From the NCBI RefSeq assembly GCF_037042905.1, contig NC_087248.1, forward strand, positions 15,066,001 to 15,130,000: DNA of 64,000 nucleotides, in the 5' to 3' direction. The DNA is from Lytechinus pictus (Eukaryota). The translations under genes and the position numbers were made by a program. Shown here one piece after another: positions 32,101 through 38,719 of this stretch; position 1 is the stretch's first letter, and every line of letters starts with the position of its first letter. The notes beneath the pieces are model-generated. The model was not told where the DNA came from, did no database searches, and saw nothing but the letters and a program-made list of their open reading frames with translations.

Positions 32101-35100
32101 GTCCCCGCGGATCGGCTAATTCTGGAGACCGATGCTCCGCATCTCCCTCCTCGCCCGGACATGACGGTGACTTCACCTGAAAGCCTGGGTGATGTGGGGG
32201 CGGTGGTAGCCAACCTGCGGGGGCAGCCCTTGGCCACTATAATGGCCCAAGCCACATACAATGCAAAACTACTGTATGGCCTGTTAGGGTAATAGGGTAT
32301 GTTATTCATTTTTTTGGTGGCCCCTGTCTCATGTTTTATTTTTCTGTCCAAAATCTTGCCCTTCCTACTTTGGAAGTTAATTAAAAGATAAAGTCGCGGC
32401 CTATCCATGTAATTGAGGGGTCTTAGGTTCTTCTCTTCTGCGATGCAGTATTTTCTCTCTCCGGAGAACGTTTCTATTCTGTATCGTGGCGGAGAAGGAC
32501 TGAGAAGTTTTCCCAACGTACCGGGCCGAACTAGACCAGATTTTACATTCCCAAGTGGAAAGTGTCTGTTGGCTGTCATCTTTCGGACCCTCCTTAGTCT
32601 TCAGGGACTGGTAAAGGTTGCGGACTCTTATATTCCATAAAGCCCAAGGGACATTGGTTTAGTTTTTTGAAATATTGTGCCAACTTGTGTCGCACGTAAA
32701 GTTATATATCCAGGTGATATTATATTTATTCCAACCGTGGTGCCAAAATACGTCACAAGTGAGTTTATAAATTTCTTTACATACTATCCAGCGGATATAG
32801 GTTTGGTTTTCAAAGACAATATTGTGCCAAGTTGTGTCACACAAAGTTTTTTAGTTATTTCAACCATTGTGCCGAATGACGTCACAGGTAAAATTATACA
32901 TTTCCTTTAATGATATCCAGGCGATATGGTCTTCAATTTAGTTTTAAAGTCTGCTGGCCAAGCAAGGCTTATTACTTGGTTATCATCCTCCAAAGATTGG
33001 GGATTGAGATTTGGGGCCATCCATATTTTTTTGTGTGTAAATAGTCCTTTTCACGCATGAACTACATGAACTACATGCTTAGTAGCTCGTAACCTAAAGA
33101 CATGTATACATATATATGTATATGTTCAATAAAGTTTTTTGAGGGTCTGTTTAATGCCCACGAGTATAGGGAAAGAAACCTAAATTTCCTTAGTATATGT
33201 TTTCGTGATATTTCCGAGATACTGGGAAGTAAATAGTTCCTTTCAGGGGTCTAGGACGAGTGTTTTTATTCTTGGTACTACATGTACCGGTTTATTGTTA
33301 CTTTTTTGTCCACTCCTCAGACCTATCTTTATATCTACATGAGTGATTAGGAAAGTACAGTTAATAATCAATCTCCCCTTTATTTTTACGGTTGGGGGGA
33401 ATATGGGGAACTTGGTCGCCCGCGCGAAGTGCTACAATACGCGCGACCGTGCGTGCGACCATGCCCCCCAGAAACCCTCCATACGTACGCAGAATCAGGA
33501 TCCCAAGATCAGAGGCATTCTCACGTTCAGCTCTCGATCAGTACAGTACTACAGTCTACTACGTATACGTCCCTCAAGTTCACACGAGTCATCAGGTTCT
33601 ACGACAAGTCTACTTACAAGTTCTACGACAAGCTCTATATACTTACAAGTCATCGAAGTCTTCATCCTTTGTAAGATTAAGACGGATTGACCCAGGATTA
33701 AGGTGAGTATATGGTTCTCGGTAATCCAGCTTACTTTATTTAGGTTAACATCCATATAGTCAGTTTACTATAATACCATATTCAATTCTTAAAATAATAA
33801 TACAAAACATATGAAAGATTTCATAACCAAATAAAAAAATGAAAATGAAAAGAACTACAAGGTACATATATAAAACCACAAGGCCTTGTTCAAATTTACA
33901 GTTTCCAAACAAAACAAAAATGACAGTTTATTCAAATGATTCACCAGAGCTCTGACAATGTTTTGAACAATAATAGTAGGTAGTGTATTACTTATCAAGA
34001 AAATTACTGCCATCATACTTGACATATGAATCACAAAGAAAGACACAAATAGTGTAACTATCAAGAAAACCACGACCAAGAAAATATGTGAAAGATATTG
34101 AATTCAAGCGACTGATTATGATTGTGTAGCTAGTTTATTGTCTAGCTAGTGACTTCAAATCTCCATAATTTTATTTGCAGGAATTTTTGGGGGCCGACAA
34201 GAATTTGATATGGAGGCTTGTTTCATACTGTATAGTAATTTTTTACAAATGTTACAAATATATTCTAGAGTAAGTAGAGTAGGCCTACTGTGAATGATAT
34301 TATAAGATAACGTCTCTGCATCTGAAAGGCACGGTATATAGTAAGTTTAATAGAAGCATACTTTTAATATAATTTTTATGTTGAATTTACCTGACGATTT
34401 AATTGAAATCTTCTGAATCATGATGGTGATGTCATCTTCTTGTGGAGCCTCCTCACCATACAAAAACCTGTAGACTGAAAGAAAAAAGTTTAGGTTTGAC
34501 AGTGTCCAATTCACATTCAATAGACTTTCTTGATAAATATACAAACCCATGCTAAATATGTTGAGCCCCCCCCCCCCTTCAGCAAAAAAAAAAAATCAAT
34601 CAGGGTCAAGAGTTTTAAATCACTTCTATGAGTATAACCAGGAGAAATGCTCTTTATTTAAAAAAAATAGATAGAATTAATTCACACACCCTCCATCTAA
34701 AGAAAAATAAAATGAATAAATCAAACTACACTTTTTCAATTAAAAAAGAAAACAATCAGAAATAAATTAATGTTCTTTTACAATTCTCAAGAAATTACAT
34801 ATTTTTATATTTCAAAAACATAATGGAAGGGCAAATGAAAATTCAATGTTGGCCGAGTTTCATTTGAAACCCCCCTTTTGTGCTTGACTTGAATCATTAC
34901 TATTTTGTTCAATTGTTGGATGCTTTACCACTAAAACCAACCCATTGCAGCGGGTCCCTCTATATGCTTTCCTCAGCTTACCTCTTCTGAAGGCTTGGTT
35001 GATCATCGGGCGACTTAACCCTACCAGACCATCCGGTCCATGCTCGCCTGATCTTCTTAGATTGTTAATCGCATGTTTGCATGTTGCACTGAGAACAGTC

Positions 35101-37666
35101 TGGAGGTGAGTCTCTGTGAGTGGAAGGCCTGATATGAATCATGAAAAGAAACTTCATTACAAGTTATTAGTATTTCAAAAATCAGTTTGTAAAAATGTAT
35201 GAGGAAGAGGAGACCTATGATTGCGAAGAGGTCAAGGGGGTGAGAAAGAAAGAAGAGCGAGAAGAAGGGGAGATGGGGAAGCAGAAGGGGGAGGAAGAGG
35301 AGGAAAATGGGAAGGAAGGAAAAAAGAAGAAGAGGATGCCTATTATAATCTTAAGCTCACATACATAAAGTTTTTTTACATTTGATTCAAAATGAAAACT
35401 GCAATCTATTCAGGGTAATGTGGGAAACAAAATGTGTTGGTATTGATGATCTTGATAGAAAATCAAGAAAGCCAAACAAATTCTTTTTCACTGGCAATCT
35501 TTTTTATAACTGAAATATTATCTTATGAAAGTTTGGTAGTTTGCACTATGTTCTATCAAGGTAACTTGTTTTTTTTTTCAAACAATTATTTACAATGCAC
35601 GCATGCAATTACTAGATATGATTTTCAATAAAATAAACTCTCAAAGAATTCAAGAAATAAATGCATTAGACTCTTAAAAAATTCAGAAAACCATAATTGA
35701 TCAACTGTATTGTAAATTTTTTGGTTTAAAAAAAATATAATACTGGTAATATGACCTTAGAAATCTCTTACCCAATAGTTTACTCAGTGATTCCTCTTCT
35801 CCTTTCTCAATCTATAAAACAATGCAGAAAAATGAAACTCAATGATTTCAATTAACATGATTAAACTTATTCCAGGAAGCTCTGCCGCTTTGATGGATAA
35901 ATAATTAACTGGGGTTAGTTTGAAAGTTATGATTGAGAAGTCTTGTATCAAACTAGAGTCTGTTAACAGTCTTTTTTGGGGATTTATATAAAAACAAATT
36001 CTGAAATTTTGTCCATCATCACATTCCTAGACCTAGGCCAAGTAAAGAGTTCAACAGTTCAGGGAAACAACTAACCCAGGGAGCTCCGGCCCGCAAAGCC
36101 GGCCGGAGCCCAGGAGTCGACCGTGCAAAACGACGGAGACACGGGACTGGGGTAGTTTGGGGTCTCAATAGTAATCTTAATAAAATGTGGAAACAGAAAT
36201 TATGCACTTACCACGATTATATGGATGAAGGTCTATCGTGACACACAAATCCTGACATCGAGGCACAGACTGGAACCTAAAAAAAAAATATATAGCCTCG
36301 GTCTCGATCGGCCATTTTGTTTTGAATTTTGAAAGAAGGAGAGGTATCGCGACATAACTTTTCGTTTTTTTGAGGTTCCAGTCTGTGCCTCGATGTCAAG
36401 ATTTGTGTGTCACGATAGACCTTCATCCATATAATCATGGTAAGTGCATAATTTCTGTTTCCACATTTTATTAAGATTACTATTGAGACCCCAATCTACC
36501 CCAGTGTCTCCCACTCACACGTATTGCGAGGTTAGTATTAGTTAGACAGCTGGCAGCCGTCTGTTTCGTTTTCGAGGAGTTTTAAGCATTTTTTATTTTT
36601 TTAATTTCTCCTCGTACACAGACGGCTCACTATCGTGCAGCCACCATTAGGGGACTTACAATGCAAATAAAAATCCCCCTGTCGGGGCTCATTGATTTTT
36701 GTCTTTATTTCATAAAAAATATATAAGAAGAACTGTACCAAAATAAAGATTATTATTCCGTTTTGGCCTGAAATGCACCAAAACGGGGAAAAATAAACTT
36801 AAAAGGGGAAAAAAACAGTGACTTACTTCGGCTGTCACGCAACTTAACTTCCCTGTTTTATCCAAACTTAATACATAAACATATGGCCATTGTCCCCTGT
36901 ACAGATCGCGCTAGAACTTCGGTCTCTGTATTTGGTGAGTGGAGCCAACGTAGTTCAGCGGAACAACCAAAATACAGAGACTGAAGCTTTTGGTCTAAGT
37001 ATTAGTATAGCTGTATACTAACCTCGCACCATGAACCGCGTTTGGCAGTGGATTTCTAACTAGTGGGACAGGGTCGCGCGTGCTGCGATCCCACTTCTGG
37101 TGTCCACAACACACGACTTCTATGGCTTGATTTTTCTGTGCGTGGCGGCATGTAATGAACCCTTGAGTGAGTGTCTCCCTCATTTTGCACGGTCGACTCC
37201 TGGGCTCCGGCCCGCTGGGTTAGGAAACAACTAACTGCACAGCACAGAGACCATGAACATGATGAAGGTTTTGCTTTCAAATAGACCTGTCCTATCTCAG
37301 TTTCTAGACTAACCTGCTAACTTAGACTCAGGTCAATGCAGGTACTTAGAGTTAGAGTTAGATCATAGAACTGAGTTAAGTCTATATTACTTAGTAATAG
37401 TAATACTAATGATTGGAAATAAGTCACGATTCAATTTCCATTTAAAAAATCATTTGAATTTTTAGAGTCCAAAAATAAAAAATAGCAAATAATTCAGGAT
37501 TTACCATCTTTCCAGAAATCCTACTAGATGCAAAACCGCCACCACCACCAATCAGAGTAGCATCGCAGAGCCAGTTCAAAAGGCCAGAATGTAAGGGGTC
37601 TTCGCTTGTGTTTCGTCCGCCAGAGTTCAAGGGGAAGTCGTGTGCTGGAATCTGGTTCATTTTCAT
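11035..37666 (-). CDS. FANCG: Fanconi anemia group G TPR protein; coding exons 37505-37666, 35772-35811, 34982-35128, 34391-34474, 20941-21068, 19742-19814, 18977-19126, 18125-18255, 17170-17319, 15925-16112, 14720-14795, 13272-14037, 11911-12087, 11035-11219
   Basis: All exons join in frame through GT-AG introns. Peptides VQVYNLMGCCLRQMGKPHMA..FRKAL, YRDLGDEDAEMKSLHLLVKAL, IYLDAATALLKAGKTQEALAVCDKLLSK and LEKLNRKGEAVKAWSRL are colinear with vertebrate FANCG TPR segments as recalled. The first exon is the least certain. Confidence 0.85.
17559..17812 (+). mobile_element. SURF1-like tRNA-derived SINE (sea urchin retroposon family)
   Basis: ACCGGTGTGTTGGGTCAGTTGGTAGAGCGTCCGTCTCACAACCGGGAGGTCGG...CCCCGGCCGCGTCAGACCAAAAGACG head, ending near an AATAAA and short TTCATC repeats. 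Confidence 0.75.
19171..19313. repeat. (AAT)n-type microsatellite, intronic
   Basis: Run of AAT/AAC/TAC/GAT triplets. Confidence 0.95.
21024..21542. repeat. ~324-bp tandem duplication; second copy is split by the LTR element and resumes at 33777-~33917
   Basis: 21024-21347 matches 21348-21542 plus 33777-33917; copy 1 shows the empty site TTTTTAATACCATATTC. Confidence 0.88.
21543..21913 (+). repeat. 5' LTR
   Basis: Direct repeat of 33402-33772; one mismatch seen (CAGACGC vs CAGAGGC); preceded by ATAC at 21539-21542. Confidence 0.96.
21841..21849 (+). promoter_or_regulatory. Consensus splice donor inside the LTR (AAG|GTGAGT)
   Basis: Full consensus match; candidate donor for a subgenomic RNA. 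Confidence 0.6.
21917..21926 (+). promoter_or_regulatory. Primer-binding site, tRNA-Ser-like
   Basis: TGGCGCTGCG 3 nt after the LTR is complementary to a tRNA 3' end CGCAGCGCCA (G73 discriminator, typical of tRNA-Ser). Confidence 0.65.
24525..26681 (+). CDS. gag: Gag (718 aa): N-terminal helix-hairpin-helix, RS/RD-rich region, capsid-like domain, CCHC zinc knuckle
   Basis: IQINCCEPEELLKVPGIGSTLAERILVLRE (HhH); FNGTGSWQAFIAKF..NGW (capsid-like); CFHCGKSGHFKNEC (knuckle). Confidence 0.92.
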   Translation: MSKIQINCCEPEELLKVPGIGSTLAERILVLREANDITMETFLDIPHIRNASEIAGYFDFAPYAVLESGTNSTDSIEERVIVGPAAAGDVAAQGDEQPTQSPSPYPFESYPQDSLPGHLKIVMGRESGESGAASSRRDKVARGNSPSRKHVVFSSPRKRTPPPREGEDDGLSSPMKSPSSDQASPRSSRDHANPPRGSHGSPISRSPTSGRHNSRRGSPRTNRRDSRFDSPFRDYGGRRQGSPRGHRRDRYDHSRDRYDRSRDRYDCSRDRYDYYRNRYRYSPRRYRNDRYDSPPRYYRGNHSPCRGRDDWHRSNSNRSHSPDHGPRRSSSPRRTQDHNRRDARQSNEDVAVDLSSRVLQSLFAINRAPETQAPQSQEHDFESHNPPPVRRSLSTSTGEGDRPRLVSVPKSITFNGTGSWQAFIAKFKLFASENGWDAKQSRNYLCWTLDGEASSYLATLLEREPDMPYNIMVNRMEKRFTLKEMPEVSQMNFSYARQAPDENVTKWAARLLTLASQAFPNLPEAYVQQQVVMRFCQGSADKEAGQHALNSRPKTVEEAVDLVKWYQHSHRAIYGKPRREVKHVSLSEKTPLEPTARQVSAPHTSPAYTVLERRVSALEGKMDSALKQLEALGSLPATVQSLAESVKKLVVSPRGRGRASPARGNMSPGRIGACFHCGKSGHFKNECPERGPRPSVSFVCEVLGNDSGSEEEVRPRSH
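26633..26690 (+). promoter_or_regulatory. -1 programmed ribosomal frameshift signal: slippery G GGA AAC plus H-type pseudoknot
   Basis: Heptamer at 26633-26639 in the gag frame; pol frame is -1 and open from 26627; stems GGGATCGG/CCGATCCC and GGTCCG/CGGACC. Confidence 0.88.
26633..30976 (+). CDS. pol: Pol (expressed as Gag-Pol): protease, RT, RNase H, integrase with C-terminal PHD finger
   Basis: PR VIDTAAEVT; RT WCIDYRKLN, KLDANSAYWQ, FGLCNAPATF, AFLDD; RH TDASGTAIGAVL, RELLAV, TDHGSL, NADALSR; IN HDPPSAAH..CAVC, HLDFMGP, TDQGRNF, NGQVERFN, WKGPA; PHD YCYC..MIQCDGCDEWFHGACV..YFCPFC. Confidence 0.96.
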   Translation, partial: GKRFGIGGGGPTPIPLKADPNSNLDSENAKVLLQDSLSQEEQETDISLVVLEANRSLDSKDSLPRGSKELGVPSPELIVKESELRDGGQDGIGITEGSGKVPSVKELSSPPPISQVIDTPRPPLEPSPWLVPPWPPPEEDPQLDSWILKDLEQASDVVVCRIKSSSTYSINILVGNQLMRAVIDTAAEVTIMSDKIYHALRPAPPVIRSVVLNTAGRNMSMTGIIVGPVDMTLGGQTFSECVYVAPIDDDMLLGADLLKKHSAFINIPDSLLIFQGECITMTCGEDTDTSQVFVSNSVTIPPMSVKRVQCELDSSCTFDQFMVEPDVALIGLVPRTLHSGSSSIQLYAVNATDVSIHWDKGQHLGQASRVGSREPPDFDNPIPSVSQVDLTGDAKIPTHLEDLWKRSSEHLIPEQQGILKGLLLEFEGVFARDEFDLGNFTAITHSIDTGEATPIKQKMRRTPMNFVQEERACLNKMLSAGVIQPSMSEWASAPVLIRKRDGSVRWCIDYRKLNNVTKKDVYPLPCIEECLDTLAENSWFSKLDANSAYWQVNLRPEDREKTAFITKYGLYEFVRMGFGLCNAPATFSRAMNLILRGLNWDIALAFLDDVVVLGTSFSDHVTNIRQVLERFRDFKLKLKPKKCSFFQRRVEFLGREVDGNGLHLKEEHVQAVVDWPTPKSTKEVERLLGLVNYHRVFLKDYAQVVGPLYGLTGNNDFRWEDQHQVAFEEVKRLMTTAPILALPNSTDPFILDTDASGTAIGAVLTQVQQGQERTIAYGSFSLTPEQRRYCVTRRELLAVVRFTRQYRHYLLGKPFTVRTDHGSLTWLMNFREPQGQLARWLEELGQYDMAVEHRPGKKHQNADALSRIPDGDFTCENYRLGIDPKSLPCGGCAYCLKAHTDWAHFTDAVDNVIQLAQRSKVSEVTLDPGESEDLFITHLDIGPIDGPFSFRVNGVTHDAGSGIDLTSMDFLRKEQEADGQLTPLRKWLLDKEEPDEGTVLLWDPAGKFLWVNRELFVLKDGVIWRKGDDNLLLVVPKSLRTEVIKLNHDPPSAAHAGVNRTKGKLRSKYYWYGMSGDIQEYIRRCAVCNKNKKAVRYGKHPMITYHAGAPMERVHLDFMGPLPKTSRGNVYILMMVDQFTKWVECVPLPSQTAEVTAQAAISEFFCRFGYPFQIFTDQGRNFESRLFTNICKLLHIHKARTSPYRPSANGQVERFNRTLMDAVRCYIGKSQTHWDHNLAQIAGAIRSTINRSTGFTPNQLMLGRETNQPAELIFPLPPSVSDRPLDEYSSQSIREAHDAARATLRNTQRRLKRDYDIKVYLRQFKEGDRVYLLAKATPKGKCKKLQSPWKGPAIIVKRYTPYVYRVIYRNKALTVNHDQLKRCLDEAKPSGPDWRKERYCYCRTPDDGSFMIQCDGCDEWFHGACVGVTHAEGMSIDKYFCPFCSCG
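30974..30999 (+). promoter_or_regulatory. Splice acceptor (branch-like TAAC, polypyrimidine tract, CAG) directly before the ORF3 ATG
   Basis: TAACCCATTTCCTTTTCTCTTTTCAG|ATG. Confidence 0.8.
31000..32292 (+). CDS. ORF3: TatD-family metal-dependent DNase (430 aa) with ~150-aa basic/Pro-rich N-terminal extension
   Basis: Ordered TatD motifs FDSHFH, AVGIHP, VGVSELGFDF, LILHLR, IHIHNFS, YFGIAG, VPADRLILETDAPHL, TYNAKLLYGL. Confidence 0.93.
   Translation: MDELELHAESTFEVEMDTRPPSTPPEAIPPEAAWQAEIDARMGPIPPPGSRQKRTWLRKLRRLRSRLRAGSRDSPNSLKETPGPAPVMMKGVKPSKGMGRGRGFARVRKGPITPGTPGTFHSKGRGRGLLNYLNREDFSLMDAPAPAPSSHPPPLLGFDSHFHPDRCGWYSKRKGKSVVTKHPVEIVGGVLNFCDPEFFMDPGFLSRVLAHSPPYNKRDGSWRLAVGIHPKQASQYTEDQWQRLVALLQSPLVVGVSELGFDFSVNSQWWPDQEALFLRLLGQGTQGRVLILHLRGDSKNNTAYAAHTLARRLLAKHCSPLQRIHIHNFSSDALQAGKWIAAFPYCYFGIAGMAAYFTTEQIQGLRAVPADRLILETDAPHLPPRPDMTVTSPESLGDVGAVVANLRGQPLATIMAQATYNAKLLYGLLG
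33390..33401 (+). promoter_or_regulatory. Polypurine tract
   Basis: GGTTGGGGGGAA immediately 5' of the 3' LTR. Confidence 0.75.
33402..33772 (+). repeat. 3' LTR
   Basis: Copy of the 5' LTR, followed by ATAC (33773-33776). Confidence 0.96.
36072..37222. mobile_element. Foldback/MULE-like non-autonomous element with long TIRs, carrying nested insertions
   Basis: TAACCCAG...CTGGGTTA ends, 9-bp TSD GGAAACAAC (36063-36071, 37223-37231); inverted arms 36146-36286 / 36365-36505. Confidence 0.8.
36543..36997. mobile_element. TAGAC-ended non-autonomous transposon, copy 2 (nested)
   Basis: Reverse complement of 1550-1995; flanked by AGTATTAGT repeats. Confidence 0.75.
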
Positions 37667-38344
37667 TCGCGTTCAAGTGCCGATTTCCACTACAAATTGT
37701 ACCCAGTACAGTTCATGGACTTTGCAGGTCTTCTGCCCCGAGACTTAATACAATGTACCAGTTCCTTGCTTGGCAGTGTATGTTTAACTTGTTGAAATCA
37801 CTATAAAAAGTCTATATTTCTCGTCGTTTGATTGAAGCAATTTTTTTCCATCACTGCGGGCATCAGCTCATCGACTCAAATTCACGCGCGATCGAACCAG
37901 ACGAAAATTCGGGAAATCCCCGATCCTGCTTGCAATTTATCACGTGATGTATCACCTGATAACGCCACGGCGCGCCGGTTTTATTTTGTGCAAAAAATAG
38001 AATTATCCAACATCTAGCTTATTTTGACTCGTTATAGGGATCAAACACTTCTCTAGATTGTCGCCCGATATTTTGTCTTTATAGTGTAAGAATTCGGGTG
38101 TCACTTCCTGTGCTTTGTTGAATGACCAGTCAGGACTGGAGTTCTGCTTTTCTGATTAGACACTGACAGTGCAGTGGGTCAGTGCAGTGACACTCGGTCA
38201 TATTTCATTTAACTCACTCAGCTCAGTCTCTGTGCAGTGAGCTTGACTAATTTCTGAAGTGGAATTAGTACTTGTGCACCCAACCTGAGTGCACCTGAAA
38301 ATGAACTGAAGATTGCTTAATGCTTACCACCAATAACCCAGAAA

Positions 38345-38719
38345 ATGGCAAATACACTATCCATAAGAGAGAAATACAAAGCCAGACATACGCTGGTTTG
38401 TCTTCTTCGTGCAGTAGTTGGCCGTATCACAACTGTGGAACTCAGAAATGAATGTTCAGCGACTGGCTATGTGGATGACGTCGATGGTTTTATGAATGTG
38501 ACAATGTCCAAGGTTCTGTTCGTGAACATGGATGGAGAGAAAACGCACATGGACTCGTTCTTCGTCCAGGCAAGCCTTGTTCGCTATGTGCAAATTCCAG
38601 ATGACATCAACATGGTGAAGGCTATGAAGCGGCAGTTGATGTCGATGAATCCCCAAAAACCAGCACCAGGGAGTATGTCAGGAGGCCGCAAGAAACCACC
38701 ATTAAAGCTTTGTGACTGA
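38345..38719 (+). CDS. LSM10: U7 snRNA-associated Sm-like protein LSm10
   Basis: Single-exon 124-aa ORF; TLVCLLRAVVGRITTVELRNE..GYVDDVDGFMNV (Sm1) and FFVQASLVRYVQIPD (Sm2) match LSm10. Confidence 0.92.
   Translation: MANTLSIREKYKARHTLVCLLRAVVGRITTVELRNECSATGYVDDVDGFMNVTMSKVLFVNMDGEKTHMDSFFVQASLVRYVQIPDDINMVKAMKRQLMSMNPQKPAPGSMSGGRKKPPLKLCD

Larger units (their letters stand above)
21543..33772 (+). mobile_element. Full-length Ty3/Gypsy LTR retrotransposon (12,230 bp) with three ORFs: gag, pol, TatD-like
   Basis: Paired 371-bp LTRs, TSD ATAC, PBS, PPT, uninterrupted gag and pol in PR-RT-RH-IN order. Confidence 0.97.

Noticed and set aside
31000-32292. ORF3 as an env gene, a host TATDN gene or bacterial contamination
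   Set aside because: No signal peptide or TM helix; it is intronless, lies between the LTRs and has a spliceosomal acceptor.
25063-32579. Alternative-frame and antisense ORFs within gag, pol and ORF3
   Set aside because: Shadow ORFs of GC-richer or repetitive coding sequence; no motifs.
21543-33772. Functional link between the element's nuclease and its FANCG host gene
   Set aside because: A single insertion cannot show this; co-location is most simply chance or a general preference for active genes.
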